A DNA stretch of 64,000 nucleotides from Isurus oxyrinchus (lineage: Eukaryota), in NCBI GenBank assembly GCA_026770705.1, contig JANJGN010000013.1, positions 5,022,001-5,086,000 on the forward strand. The letters run 5' to 3'. Positions within the stretch are counted from its first letter, which is position 1. Every line of letters starts with the position of its first letter. Below are positions 1 to 14,183 of the stretch, in pieces. The notes under the pieces are model-generated. The model did not search any database. It saw only the letters and a list, made by a program, of their open reading frames with translations, and was not told the DNA's origin. The position numbers were made by a program, and so were the translations under genes.

Positions 1-461
1 AATACAAAAACATAAAGCTCCTAATGTCACTGAACAAGGCACAGGATCCACCGTTGTGCTTTCTTAAACTTTTGAGATAATTTTTCACAAACACATTCAA
101 AGATGCCCAAATGACCATATTGAATTAATTGCAGTAACCAGTTAATGTGCATTACCTATGTAGACAAATATAAAGAACAAAATAAACCTTTTTTCTCTTG
201 TTGTGTGCAATAATTTAAATGCCCATTGGAAATTTATCAATATAATTTTGATCAGTATTATGAAAACAATACACCAGGTTAAAATGAATGGGATAAATTT
301 TGGGAATGGTTTGGAGGTTAGAAAAGAGAGATTATCCTTGACTTTTAGATTATTTTGTTCACTCAAAAACTCTCTTTACTATCAAATTAAACACATCATC
401 ATGGCTCACTACCTCTTTTGTTACCAGCCTCCTTGAAGTAATCATGTCTGAATATGTAACA

Positions 462-1220
462 GTGTCAGCTGTGACTCAAGTGGTAGCACTCTTCGTCTCT
501 TGAATCATAAGGTTTAGGGTTCAAGTCCCATTTCAGAACTTGAACAAAAAAATCATGGCTGACAAGTACATCAAACACTGAGGGAACTATAACTAGGGGT
601 CACTGTTTAAAAATAAGGGGTTATCTAAGACAGAGATGAGGAGAATTTTTTTCTCTGAGGGAAGTGAGTCTTTGGAACTCCCTTCCTCAAAAGGCACTGG
701 AAGCAGAATCTTTGAATGTTTTCAAGGCAGAGTTAGATAGATTTGTGATAAATAAGAGAGTGATGGGTTACTGGGGGTAGGCAGGGGGTTACAGTCATGA
801 TCTTATTGAATGGTGGAGCAGGCTCGAAGGGCTGAGTGCCTACTCCTGCTCCTGGTTCGTATGCTCGTATGGGAACGCTGCACTGTCAGGGGTGCTGTTT
901 CTCATGAGACTTTAATCCGAGGACCCATCTGCCTTCAAAAGGCGAATGTAAAACATCCCATGGCACCATTTCAAGGAAGATTAGGGGAGTTCTCCTAGGT
1001 GTCCAGATAAATATTTATCCCTCAATCAACATCACAAAAATTGATTATTTGGTCATTATCACATTGCTGTTTGTGGGAGTTTGCTGTGTACAAAATTGTC
1101 TGCCACATTTCCTACAACAGTGGCTACACTTTAAAAAAAAGTACTTCATTGGTTGTAAAGTGCTTTGAGATGTCTGGTGGTTATGAAAAGTGCCACATAA
1201 ATGCAAGTCTTTCTTTCTTT
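462..1220 (+). mobile_element. tRNA-headed Deu-domain SINE (SacSINE1/AmnSINE1-like), interrupted by a CR1 3' fragment
   Basis: The head has A/B-box-like motifs (gtggtagcac...ggttcaagtccc). The core matches the Deu domain as I recall it (atcccatggcac...atttatccctcaa...ggtcattatcacattgctgtttgtggga). The L2-type tail ends taaatgcaag(tctt)n. Confidence 0.8.
588..870 (+). mobile_element. CR1 LINE 3' fragment nested in the SINE
   Basis: It has the same 3' end as the CR1 copies at 59455-60120 and 7394-7868, and a short repeat tail (ttcgtatg/ctcgtatg). It is flanked by gggaac at 582-587 and 871-876, a candidate TSD. Confidence 0.8.
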
Positions 1221-1659
1221 CAGTTTTCACCTTGTAGCACAACATTCAAAACATGGCAGGTCAATGGAAGCATTATAAATAAAGTCAAGATGGAGGAAGT
1301 ATCCCACAGAGCCTTGTAAGCAAGGCACTGCTAATAATATAGTGGTGCATGTGTGAGATGCATAGGCCAATACAACGTGAAAAGGCTTCAATTCCCTTTG
1401 GTGCTATGAAAATGGTGACAAGAAACTGCGGCGCTCTTATGGACCTTACTTTCACAGCACAAATATTCCAGTATGTAACACCTTCCAAACTAAATTGAGT
1501 AAAGTAGCCACATTAGAAAACTATGAAAGATTGACATGATATACAGATTTAAAATATTTCTGCACTATTTGGTTATTAGGCTATTGTTTATGGATTAGTT
1601 CCTGGTCATTTTGGTGGCACAAACCAACATTAGGTTCTTCTCCCCTCAACAAGATGTTG

Positions 1660-1870
1660 ACTATTACTGTAGTGCAGTACCATGAGTTCTGCTGGTCTCT
1701 CCTGTGTTTTGCCTATTCTTCATGAGCAAGACTAGTATAAACAGGCCATGCAACCAGAGAGGGCATCATTACTCAACCCAATCCTGACCTCACCCAGCAT
1801 TCACATTTTCAAGCAGGTGTCACATAATATAGGACAGAAGCAGGGAATTTGGCTGGAATGTTTCCCTCAT
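1660..1870 (-). mobile_element. Highly decayed AmnSINE2-like SINE fragment
   Basis: The segment gggcatcattactcaacccaatcctgacctcaccc resembles the family at 6335-6680 and 52680-53150. Confidence 0.4.
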
Positions 1871-4800
1871 TACTCAGCGTTGCAGAGGCCAGTTCTAGCA
1901 GCCCTAATATTAGGTGGTGACATGGGCAGAGTTGTTTCCCATTGTTAAATAGCCTGTTCACATTTACACAAGATGACCGACTGGGCAAGGTACAGGAGGT
2001 CAGAACCATATCCCAGTGAGGCATTTCAGGATAGGAAGGGAGAAATGTAAAAAGACAAGCAGGTGAACACCTCTGTAATATTGGCTTTGCTGAAGCATAT
2101 TTATTGTGTGCCTCTCTTAAACAGGTCTATAAAGACGGTAGGTAATTTGTGATAAGACCAATTAATTTTAATAGGAAGACAGTTCGTTAGTCTAGTTGTC
2201 TATTTTTGTGTTTTTTCAGTAAAGTGGACAATATCATAATTGATGCATGTTTGTTCAGTTCTCGGCTGTAACACCCATTAGTAACAGTAATGGGTATCTT
2301 ATGGATGCTGCAAAGACCCAGGAGTTTAATTTAACGTGATAAATTTCCTACCAGCTTTCCACAGCAAAGTCCAATAGATCAACACAACATACACTCATCA
2401 CCTACAATAATATCTGACTTTGGTAACCTTCAACATGAAGATTCTTCACCTAAATTATTGAATTTGCATAAGCTTATTTAGATTCTATAATTAACAAGAG
2501 CAAAAGAGGGGACAAGTTAAATGTAAGGAGGTTTCAGGAGGACAAAGAAAATCTTACACTTAGCTAAACATAAAACACATAAAACTTATATTTACATCAC
2601 ATTTCAATTATTTTATAAGTGCTAGGGTCAAAGCAAATTATTGTAATTGTATATTTTAATTAAGTTACACTGAGTCTTCTTTGCCTAACAACCATAATAT
2701 CTTAACTAAGACTATGGGCGATTAACCAAGTTCAGAAACGTGCAATATTTTCCTGGCATGGTTTCCACTTCCAAATTCACTAAGAAATGGTTATCAGAAT
2801 CTGACAAATGTGAACTTACTAGTGCAAATTACAATTATTTTCAATATATTAGCAGTACTGCTATATATTAAATGCAGCCGTGAGTAAGATTAGATTCTCT
2901 CATTGAACCGTACCAATATGTAACCAGGCAACTGAGCAACAGAATATGTCAGTGCTATAATTTGACATCACCAAACAGCTGTCCTTCTTGTGCCCCTCAT
3001 GGCTGGACTTCACAATGTTTTGAGGTCTGCATTAGGGTAAGTGGTGCTGACCTCCAACCCCATTAAATAAATCACCACAATTGTCCTCCAAAAACTTATA
3101 ACGAAAAAGTGGTCTAAGTTCAATCACAAATGCATGAAACACACACTAGTACAACGTGCTCTTCAATTCATTGGTAACAACAATCACAACTCTCAGGTTT
3201 ATAAATGTTCAGAAATTCTATAAGCCTCAAACGTAACTGATGTGATAACTAGCTCTGGTTTAAAAAGCTTCTAACAACTGTGGCAGTGTGACAACATCAG
3301 AGCACACAGGAGTGTCATTATCATTTTTATTTTCATTGTGGTGAATTAGGTCTTGGGAGAGAAAGAAAAATTTCCCTGGAATAAATCAATCTGTGTACCT
3401 ACACACTTGAGGATATACAAAAAGACTTTATTCAGAAGAAGAGTGTCACGGGCAAAGCTACCCAACCATTATACGTCAGGGGTGTTTCCATGCTGACTTC
3501 TGTGGACATGAACATTAAAAAAAAAATCAAGCAAGCAACCTCTTTTGGTTTGATAAATGAAACAGGAACTTGTGTGGCTAGCTTTAGATTACAGACAAAC
3601 AGAGAACACAAAGAGACAGCTGTAATAAAAGACATTTAGCTAGATAAAAAATGTTTGAAAACCAGAATTTAATAGGACAATTCAGCTTCTGTAGAAACAT
3701 TGTTAACCATCTTTTTCCTTTGCTATTGAAAAGGCAAAGAAAGGACCCTGAATCAAGGAAATAAAAGAAGGAAAATCGAAACTGCAGTTCTGTTGTGCAG
3801 TAGTCCAAATGTATAATTAAGTAATGGGAGAGACTTCAAACTGACCCCAAGAGTTCACAGAAGTCTCTTGAGAATATTTTTTGAGGTATTCAAAAGGAGT
3901 GAACAAAACTGGTACTGTCAAAACTGGTGTAAGTCAGACGACTAATTTCTGCTCAGCACTGCCAAAAGAATGTTAACACTGAAGAAAGAGGCCGGCCTTC
4001 ACCTCCCACGCAGCCCTTGTCAGTTGGACAAAGGCTCGTGTCAAAATAAGAAGTTGAAGAAATCTAAAGAATGGCAACTGTTGACAGCTATGGTGCTTGT
4101 TGAAAGATAAAGGGCTCTATTACCTGGAGTTTCCTCCCACTGTTAACACCTGCTCTAACACAAAACTGTAAACAGATCATTGTGCTCGTTGCAGTTCTGT
4201 CTACATAGAGGCTAGTAGGGGATCATTTACTTAGTTGTGCCAATTGCCTTCTAATTCTTTAAGGAATGTTAGCAAAATAGGCTCTAATTATGTGTTGCGG
4301 CAACATTTTCCTCCCATGAAGATTTCAGGAGGAAGCAACCTCGAGAAAAGATGAGCGAAGAGTGTTTTTGTGACACGATCAGACTGAAAACCCACTAATG
4401 GGACTGATTTAGGGCAAGAGGGGGAAAGAGTATTTTATTTACTAAATATTCCAGTTAATGGGATCTAGGTTAAGAGAGTTCTATGCACCACACATGCTGA
4501 CAGAAAATCCTGCTAATGGAACTTGGAACATATGGAGAAGAAAAGTGCCAAAATAATAGGCTACCATGAAAAAGTGCATTGAAAGCAACTGATTTATCAG
4601 AGAGATTTCAGCAATGTCCTTTATAAATTTCCTCAAGTCTTATCACACTAATAGAGGCAAGCACACGCGTGTGGTAACCTATCAAGGGGAAGGAGTTTTC
4701 AAAATTCTGTTTCCTCTCCTGCCCTTTTCAACCACAAAGGCATTTGAATGGAAGGAAATAGAATGTTGACTTGAACTTGCCCCAGGCTAAAATAAGAGGG

Positions 4801-6334
4801 TTGTCTCAGCTTCACTGGGTCTTAGACAGTTTGATGAAACGTGCAGTGGCTTCCCTAAGGTCTGGCCAGCAGACAGCCAATGCTGAGATAGCAATGTAAG
4901 AAACAGATTGAGCCTCAGGGCAGCACTCTGTTTTCTACTCTCTGGGGGTTTAACCAGCACTACAGATGTAGATGGCGAGTTTTTTCGTGCTTTATGTGTA
5001 TGTGCAAGCAGCAAGAAGAGTATATTAGTTATGGCAACCGAATATAGCCAAAGGCATCTGAATTAATTCTGAGGGGGGGCAATGATGCGTCCTACAGTCC
5101 CCTAGCACATCAGTCAGAAGGGACCCCCTGTCGTGGTATGACAGTTAAGGGACATTTTGTTAAGTGACCATAAAAAGCTGTCATCTGTAGGCATATAAAT
5201 GAATATTTGTACCATGAGGGCAGTTTATACGAAGCTTGGACTCAGCTTTAGCCTTGTACCATATGAAAAACTTTGTTTTTATAGCTCTCATGAATATATA
5301 AAGAAGACATAAGACAACTAATTGTCTGCAGCACAACATGAAAGAAACTCCTGCGAGAGAACAGAGCAGATCTATCAGAATTGCAAAGGAGAGAATAAAA
5401 CAACCTATTTGATTCCAAGATAAAAGCTTTGGGACTATGCTCACTGCTTATAGCCTAACTCCAAATAAATAATGTAGACAACATCATGAAAAGAGAGACA
5501 GAGAGATGGGGGGGGGGCGGTGGCGGTGGGGGGAAACACAGAATATGTAACTCAAGGGCTAACTACTGCTGAGGCCCAATGCACCAAGCTTTATAAAAGA
5601 AGAATTCATCAGGGGAGCAAATAGCAGATGGTCGTGGAAACCGACTCAGAGCACTTCCTATGAAACGTTTAAGGTCACCAGCTTCTGTATGGTCTGCCAG
5701 CCCAGATGGGCCGACCATCAGCAGACACCCTTTGGGGCTTCGTTAGTGCCTCCCATGAATTGGCCCCATTCTTCTGCGTACTCAGATTTGTAATGACGAC
5801 CACATGTGGACAATCTAACAAAGTTGGCATTAACAGGTCGCAGTCTAAATTTGTTTGCAATCCTACTCCTGACTGACCTCGTAAAACAAACTGCTAACCC
5901 AGGTCACCCATGCTGTCATTGTGCTAAGATGATCTAAGGCAATTACTTCTAACTGAGATTGTCCTGTTCCACAGAATGTTGTTGCCTGCCAGCATCACAG
6001 AAAATGTCACTTAAGCCCAAAAGGCCAGCAGAAACACAAATGCTATAATTCTGAGATCCCTTCAGATTTCTTTTATTTTCTATTTCCTGTCATGTGACAG
6101 GAGAGAGGGAACAGAATAACAATATTTTTATCATTAGAAAGTTTTTTTTTAAAGCACAGCTTTTCAGTCAAAACACTCAGCCATTATACAATTTATTTAA
6201 AATTTGAACAAAGGCAGCAGCTAATAATTTCTAGGTCTTAATTCATGGAATGTAACTATAAAACCATTTTAATTAATTTTTCATACCTTTTTGTTTAGAG
6301 ATTCAATACATTGGATTTTTTTTGCTATGCTAAT

Positions 6335-6680
6335 TTTCCCCCTTCATCTTTTCTTGAAGGCACTAACTTCTGCTGCAGCATGATTTCAAAGGACATATCT
6401 ACCTCTGGTACTTTGCTGAAATAGCCATTCTTCATTTGTGAGCCAACTTGCTGAGTACTGGGTGGTTTTCTCAGTGAGGGACATAACAGCTGATCTCAAT
6501 CCTATCCTTAACTGAGCTCCACACACTTGAAGCATATCAAATTGGGAGCAAGAGCTAATGCTGAGGTAAAATTGTGATTAAATTGTCACCTCAGGTAAAA
6601 TCAGCACAAACCTAGACCTTCTTGTCTGCATGTCTCAGTTATACATTGCCTTGGCCAGCTGAGCCATCAGGAGAGCCAAC
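6335..6680 (-). mobile_element. Ancient AmnSINE2-like tRNA SINE
   Basis: The minus strand begins ggctctcctgatggctcagctgg. It includes ggctcacaaatgaagaatggctat...aagtaccagagg, matching the recalled AmnSINE2 core and other copies in the window. Confidence 0.55.
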
Positions 6681-6924
6681 TTAACATTGCAACCAATAAC
6701 ACAATATTTACACCTGTGCAGCTATGTCAGAAGTGGAACCTGTTAAGGAGGAGCACCCAGCTAAGCACTGCATAATCTTTGAGTGTGCTATTCTAACTTT
6801 AACAATTATAAAATTTAGACTAAAAGCAAAATACTGCAGATGCTGGAAATCTGAAACAAAAACAAAAACAAAAATCGCTGGAAAAACTCAGCAGGTCTGA
6901 CAGCATCCGTGGAGACGAAGACAG

Positions 6925-6963
6925 AGTTAACGTTTCGAGTCTGTACGACTCTTAATCAGAACT
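6925..6963 (-). ncRNA. Minimal type I hammerhead ribozyme motif (G8 mutated)
   Basis: The minus strand reads agtt-CTGATTA-a-gagtc-gtaca-gactc-GAAA-cgTT-aact. Confidence 0.6.
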
Positions 6964-7210
6964 AAAGAGGAATAAAAATGTGGTGAAATATAAGCTGTTT
7001 AAGGTGGGGGGGACAGGTGGAGCTGGATAGAGGGCCAGTGATAGGTGGAGGCAAAGGAGAGATTGCCAAAGAAATTGTCAACATCCCTTTGTCTATGACA
7101 TCTTTGGCAATCTCTTCTTTGCCTCCACCTAACACTGGCCCTCTATCCAGCTCCACCTGTCCCACCCCCCCTTAAACAGCTTATATTTCACCACATTTTT
7201 ATTCCTCTTT

Positions 7211-7248
7211 ACTTCTGAAGAAGAGTCATACGGACTTGAAATGTTAAC
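7211..7248 (+). ncRNA. Minimal type I hammerhead ribozyme motif (canonical CUGANGA)
   Basis: The sequence reads CTGAAGA-a-gagtc-atacg-gactt-GAAA-tgTT-aac. Confidence 0.7.
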
Positions 7249-7393
7249 GCTGTCTTCCTCTCCACGGATGCTGTCAGACATGCTGAGTTTTTCCAGCGAT
7301 TTTTGTTTTTGTATAAAATTTAGACTGTTTTCTTTCTCTGTCTCTTCCATCCCATTTCTTTTTCAGCCACACCTTTTGCCATTTCTGTCAACG

Positions 7394-7868
7394 AATTAGG
7401 AGCCCTTAGCCCCTCGAGTCTGCTCCACCATTCAATAAAATCATGGCAAATCCAATTTTAACCTCAACTCCACATTCCTACTTGCTCCCGATAACCTTTC
7501 AGCCCCCTGGTTATTAAGAATCTATCTACCTCTGCCTTAAAAATATTCAAAGACTCTGCCCTCCACTGGCTTTTGAGGAAGGGAGTTCCAAAGACGCATA
7601 ACCCTCAGAAAATTTTTTTTCCTCACCTCTGTCTTAAATGGACGACCCCTTATTTTTAAACAGTGACCCTTAGTTCTAGATTCTCCCACAAGAGGAAACA
7701 TTCTTTCCACATCCACCCTGCCAAGATACCTCAGCATCTTATATGTTTCAATTAAGTTGCCTCTTGCTCTTCTAAACCCCAGCGGATAGAAGCCTAGTCT
7801 GTCCAGCCTTTCCAAGACAACCCGTCCATTCCAGGTTTTAGTCTAGTAAGCCTCTTCTGAACTGTTTC
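7394..7868 (-). mobile_element. CR1 LINE 3' fragment
   Basis: ORF 7537-7815 (RLDRLGFYPLGFRRARGNLIETYKML...LWNSLP) is the CR1 ORF2 C-terminus, followed by the CR1 3' UTR. Confidence 0.9.
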
Positions 7869-7902
7869 TAATTCATGGTGAATACATAAGCAGTGGGCAC
7901 TA

Positions 7903-8079
7903 GGGGGTAGAAATTTGTCTCAGGTGGTGGCACAAAATGGATGATATTGAATTGGCTGCCTGTTATAGGCAACATCTGATATCCGCTGCCATTGCAGTCA
8001 TCGAAGTTCAGTGCTGTGTGTAACAGGCAGCCAAGCCAATAATGCCCATTTTGAACCACTGCTGACTAATTTCTACCCT
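7903..8079. mobile_element. Short MITE, PIF/Harbinger-like
   Basis: The terminal inverted repeats are gggtagaaatttgtc and gactaatttctaccc. The flanks are cta and tta. Confidence 0.55.
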
Positions 8080-11000
8080 TAGATTTATGCACTTTAAGGA
8101 CTGGAATATCTTACAGATCACTTTAATCATTGGTCACTATAAATTCAACCTTAGCAGCTGATGATTTTTGTTATGGGGGTTCAGACCAATTCAGATTGTG
8201 TTTCGACCTTGAGAATAGAATCATACCAATGTGAAAATGGAACAGTATAAAGCATACGATTTGGAGTGAATCTGAATGAGGCACTAGGCTATTATACTGT
8301 CGCCCTTTGATGACTGAGGCAGCAATTTCCCGCCTCTCAGAAAATAAAAATCTAAGTACATATATTTTACATTTATTCTTAAGATGAGGAATTAATATTG
8401 CCATCTGAATGATATTAAGATATTTTGAAATCAGTGAATAATGCCACAAATGCAGGGAGGGGCACAGAGAATGCTTTCTTCCCCCCCACAGCCCTTAGAA
8501 GCCCTCTCCCACCTACCCAACATTAGAAATTCACAGAAAATGATTTATACAGCACATACACTTTGAAAGCTATAATAAAAATTTATTACTCAAAGGCTAC
8601 AGAAGTGAGCAATACTTCTGAAAAGCTGTACAAATAGTATAAGCTCCTTAATGGACTTTATTTCTCAATTTGTGCTTGCTAAGATGCAAATATCACAAGA
8701 TGATGTGATAAGGAATTACTCCTATTCACTATACACAAGTCTGGGGAAACTGAAGACTGCTCATTGTTAATTAAAGCTAGACCCAATCTGAAGCAGAATG
8801 CCTGCCATCACATTTTAAAATTTACATTAAAAATGAAGCCCTGACAAGACAGACGCTTATTTTGTCCCTCTTCATTATAACTGTCAAGTTCTTTTATTTT
8901 ATACTCACTCCAATATCACACATTGTGTCATTCATTTCCTTTTCATTAAGCAGACCTTGGGCTAGTTGTGTGCAGCCTAGATATGGTGCCTATTATTCCA
9001 GAGCTTGCATTGAAATTCCACACAGCACTTGCAATTATGGTCCTCTCATCTTAAATGAATTATATTTCTGAAAATAAATCTTCTGAACTACAGACTTGGC
9101 TATCTGGCATCAGTCAGGCACATACATTACTGGTTTTTAAATGTTTAACTGCACTTGATTAATATAGGTAATCAAATTATATTGCCTTCAATTCCACTTT
9201 CGAATTCATGACTATGATGTCTTCAATGACAAAGCTGGAAGCATTATACGGAAATGCACTTCTTGCCACACTAGGCAGTTATTACAGCAGTAAAACTGCT
9301 ATATACCCATCTAAGAATCGTATTTAATAAAAATCTAATTTTTTTTTTGCTGAAATTAACCCTCAACTTTCTGCAACACATCAAAAAGATTAGGCAGAGC
9401 TGTCTGATAGGTCAGGCAACAGGTCACTGGATTCCCAACATTAAAAAACAGTCTTTGGCTACCAAATAAAGTTTAATATCTTATTAAGCAAGTTTTACTA
9501 ATTAGTCAGTTTGCTACATGCATCACCATATAGATGGCAAAGAAACACCACCTTGGGAGGGGAAAAGATAAAGTGGAGAAGAGTACCTCTTGTCATTCAG
9601 TCATATTAAATAGTATCAAATTAAACAAAGTTATATAGATCTCACAGGCAAAGAGAAAGTGGGGCAGCAAATATCCAACAAGAGCCTCAAATCCATTAGC
9701 TATCATCCATGTTCCTTTCTCACTTCAAATGCTGGACCATTCTGATGCAGTATGAGATTCTTCCCATTCTGTACTTTAGCTTTCTTTTACATTTTTCAAA
9801 GTTATTCAGAATTTGTAGTTGCTGATTAAATTAAGGGCATGGACCATACAGTATTCACTAATAATTGTGAAATTACAAATATAAGAATAAATTCCCTCTC
9901 ATGTTACTGGAAAAAATATCTTCCATGGGAAGATGATTGAGTTCAAGGTGTTGCAAGTAGCTTGGTCTGTACCACTGGCTTCTGCGAGCCAATTGTGCAT
10001 CCATCCTGATACCATACTTTTGCAGGTGGAACAACCACCTAATGACCTTTTGTCAAAGGCAACCTTTAGTATCACATTTATTAATATTAAGTCATTGACA
10101 GTATTTTCTCATGCATATGCCAAAGGGTCAGCCATTTGAAATAATGAATGTCTATTTTCTCTAATCTCTGGCTTGCTACACAATGTTGATCCACCAAACT
10201 TTGACCTACTGGGGACAATCTTGTATGGCCACATGTCTGTGTTGTGCCTGATAACTGGACAACCAGAAGGTAAAAATTGCCTGAGTCAATTTCAGGCAGG
10301 CCTTTAATTGGGCACAAAACCTTCAGGAGATTGTTTAAATGTGATTCAGGGTCTTATGAGTTGTAGGGCCTCTACTCCCATTTGGATATGGAAATTAGTG
10401 GCTTGGACACTGAGCATTTTAGATGTAGTTTTACCAAATGCTGAATGGCCTAACCATCATTCCTTAATGAAACTACCGGACGCTGCTCCAAAAATGGGGC
10501 ATATAGGAACAGGAGTCAGACAGCATCCAATTAGGACATTATATTGTGACAAGGCCTGCATCAAGTACTGAAGCTGCCTTTTTGATGGACCATGTGAGCA
10601 GCATCCAGAAGCCAGTGTGTGTTGCATGGTTGAATCTGTGTGAAACATGAAAGACTCTATTCCAATAAATCTATTCCTAGGAATTTGGATGTCTAACTAC
10701 ACAGCAATATGGGCATATTCTTCATCTTCTACTTCAGTCTCACAAGCAATGGTCAGATTCAAGTCCTGTGGTCCTTGCTGACTAAGCTGGTGGTGATCAT
10801 AGAATTACTGTTGGCTACAACATCCCGGAGCTTTTGCAAGCAACAACTCTTATCAACTTTAAAGAAGAATTTATTGATGGAACTAAGGAATCTTTCATGA
10901 GCTGGAACAATGGTAGGCAGACAGCTGAGTAGGGAAGTTTCTGTAGGAACACATTAAGATTTAAAAGGGCAGCATCCCTAAGTGCTTTGTCCTTACAAAT

Positions 11001-14000
11001 AGGTAGAATACACAACATCTACCTCAAGACAGACAATGGAAAAGATGCAGCTAATTATTCCTCCTTCCTGGGAGAAACACATTTAAAAAGGTCACATTCT
11101 CTTACAAAGCCTAAAGTGGTAACCAAATATAAATTCCAAGCTTGCTTTGATATTGCATAAAATGCAGCTTTTAAATCAAAAGATGTGGAACATCATTTTG
11201 GTGAGTTTTAAACCACTCTATAGGACACCAAAACACACACTGACAATTTTTAAACAAATATTAGCATAACTGTAGGTGAACACATGTAAGCGGAGAGCAC
11301 AGCAGCATTTTACCAGGCAGAACATTCCGTGCAGTGTTGTCTGTCCATATAATGAAAGATACAAGCTGACCTAAGCCAAGTCTGCATTTATATTATTTAA
11401 ATAAATGATCACAGATAAATTTCAGCATACACTATGAATCCATTAAGCTGTCTCTTTATCTTTAGACAGCCATACTGGCTACAAGTAGACTGAGTACTGG
11501 CTTCATAACATCCTGAAATAAAATTAGCGGCTTCATGGCATTCTCACATCATAAACTCCAATATAAATTGTCAATACACAGTACATTTAGAATATGAAAT
11601 GTCTACATTATATTGAAACATAGACCTCTTCCAAAAATAACAGCAGCACAAGTAGTGTCCATAAGGGAATTTGAAGATTATTTTGCATGAAGTTGGAGAC
11701 CTGCACCTTCTATGAATGCAGGTTTGAATACTGCTTTGTGGAATTAAACTGCTGCAAAACAAATGTTACCAGTTTTCAGGCAAAAGCTGATGGCATATCT
11801 TCCTCAACTGACAAAATTCCAGATCTACACTTGAATCAAGTCAAGGTTTGAATACCCATCAATTATGATCTGAAATGAATCAGCACAATCTAAACTGCCC
11901 GTTATTTGAGCTAAAATATCACCGAATTAGTGAAATTCCATGGTATCCAAATTTTAAGCCTGACATGTCCCAAAGGTGTGGACAGAACAAATATCTGAAT
12001 CTCAAAATGGCACATAAAATCATATAATCATCAGCAGAGTGAAGAACGTCAGTCTTCAAATCAAGCAAACCTGCTCATTTAAATTTAACAGGTCAAGAGA
12101 ACGGAATTTTAATCAAGTTATAGGCGCACTCCAAGGTTCCGAGCTCCTCATTTGCAATTGCATTCAATCCAAATTGCATTGATTTGTACCACTTGGAACA
12201 GTGGAATTTGATTCAACTGGAAATGACTCTACAACCAGGTGATGGACATTATACCTTTGTGTCATCAGTACAGTCTATGCATGAGCATTAAGTGTCCAGA
12301 CTGAAATTGTTTAGCTGCTTACAATCCACCAGAAAGAAATTCCTGGGCCTCAGCCTATGGCTGGCGCGGATATCAGTAAGCTATTGCCACAATACTTATT
12401 CCCTGTCCCAAAGAGATTACACCATGTTTCTAAAGTGATAGTATAATAAAACATCTATGTCAGGAATATTATACTGGTCCAGATGTACACCTGTGGTAGA
12501 GATCATTACATCCTAATTGAACTATTCCCAAGTCATTTTATAAAAACATTCTGGATATTACTTTAGGTCCATAGCAATCTAGTTTAAATTTATGTAATAG
12601 AGATAGTAGAGTTATTATTAATTGAAGGCATCCATAGACAGACAAGGCATTGTACAGTGAGTCCTTAGAGAACCTTTTTAAAATAGTTGAGGTTCCTTTG
12701 TTGTTCAGTGCTAGTAACAAGCAATCTTGTAGATCTTTTTCTTGTCTGCTATAGGTAACTGCCTGACAGTTCTTTCCATTTGAAAACATATGTAATAGAG
12801 TACATGCCAAAGTAGGAATGGCAAACAAAAGCTATTTACATTTTAAAAGATCAGATACTTAAAATATCTTAAATACGAGGGACTAAATCAAGAACTGATG
12901 CATTAGGATTTTTTCACAACTAAAATTAATTTTATTAACATCAGCAAGTTTGAACAGCAAGCTTCAGAGGGGATCATTGCACCCTGCCACCCCAAACCAC
13001 ACCCCTACCCCACTCCCTAGGAGAAATTGTGGTTCTTGGATCTCAGTTTTCCAAAATAAATTACACCGATTAAATGATAAAAATATCAGCACTTCCAGTT
13101 GCTGCTTTTTAATTGAAGCTTTCAATATGTTAAACAGCATGTTACTGATAACACATCCACAGATATGTCTCCAAAGTCAAAACAGTCCAATACAGTTAGC
13201 GAAACATTGTGCTACCATAGTTGTAATGTTTCATATGGCTTTATGAGACATCTCTTTGTCCCAAGTTACTGAGTCATGGAAAGTGAGCATACCTATTTAT
13301 ACTCTTTGGCAGTGATATTTAACCCTCTTTTGGGATAGAAAACGAGGTGAAAATCATGGAAAGAGGCACCATATAACATCTTCCATGTTGTTGTCAAGAG
13401 CAAAAATAATGGCAAGAAAAAACAGTTTTACATTTTCTACTTTCAGATAAGCACTCTCCGATCAGATCTGAAGCAGTGTCCTTTCATAAACTGCTGCTGA
13501 TGCACACCTGTCTTACCCTGAAAGCACTACCATTTGACACATCTATTTGGACGATCTCAAGAGTGAGATTACAGCCTCAGTAGGAGGGCTAAATTGATTT
13601 TCTGTTATGGAAATGTATTTTCATTATTGTATAAAAATGGCTAATGCCACTGATGACATCATTAGTTTACAGTTTCTACAAGTGTCTGTGAACTGTGTCT
13701 GGAAAAAAAAAGAGTTCTTTGGACTAAGATTACTGGGGTTAATAAGAATTTATTTCAGTAAGATGGAAATTTTTCTACTGGTGAATGGAACATATTTACA
13801 ATTTGTGCAACTAACATCAGCACCAATCACTCCAAGCCAAGGCCTGCACTGGTATACCGTTCTCTCTACCCTGTCCTAACTGTGTATGATAGATAAAACT
13901 TCAGAACTTCACACACATTGTGGAGTTAATAAAATAACAAACTTTGCCAAGGCACGCCAAATCTCCAAAGTTTCAAACTCTTGGCCTGCCACAAGCTGCA

Positions 14001-14055
14001 TTGATGCTGTTCAAATTAATTTTTTTTAAACCTCTCAGGCAGTAGAGGATGATCA

Positions 14056-14183
14056 GAGAATCATTGAGCAAAGAAAGAGGCCATTCAGCCTGTCATCCCT
14101 GTGCCAGCTTTTGACAGAACTGTATAGTTAGTCTCAAGTTCCCTCCCCTTTCCCAACAGACTTACATTTTTTCCTCTTTCAAG
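14056..14183 (-). mobile_element. CR1 3' tail remnant
   Basis: The segment gaggccattcagcctgtcatccctgtgccagct is similar to 24305-24555 and to the reverse complement of 50940-51075. Confidence 0.55.

Larger units (their letters stand above)
6822..7311. mobile_element. Fold-back non-autonomous PLE derivative (older family), tail-out inverted arms of about 215 bp
   Basis: About 6855-7072 is the reverse complement of 7101-7311, with a 28-nt spacer. The arms are homologous to the 3' UTR of the PLE at 29336-30570. There is an exact 15-bp TSD, tataaaatttagact, at 6807-6821 and 7312-7326. Confidence 0.9.

Noticed and set aside
462-560. Functional tRNA genes at SINE heads (also 16420-16503 and 47410-47500)
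   Set aside because: They have no intact cloverleaf and continue directly into SINE bodies.
5507-5533. G-run and C-run tracts (also 24595-24690) as G-quadruplex regulators
   Set aside because: These are low-complexity tracts with no further supporting evidence.
10160-10275. Possible coding exon ending at AG|gtaaaa
   Set aside because: There is no convincing acceptor and the translation resembles nothing I recognise.
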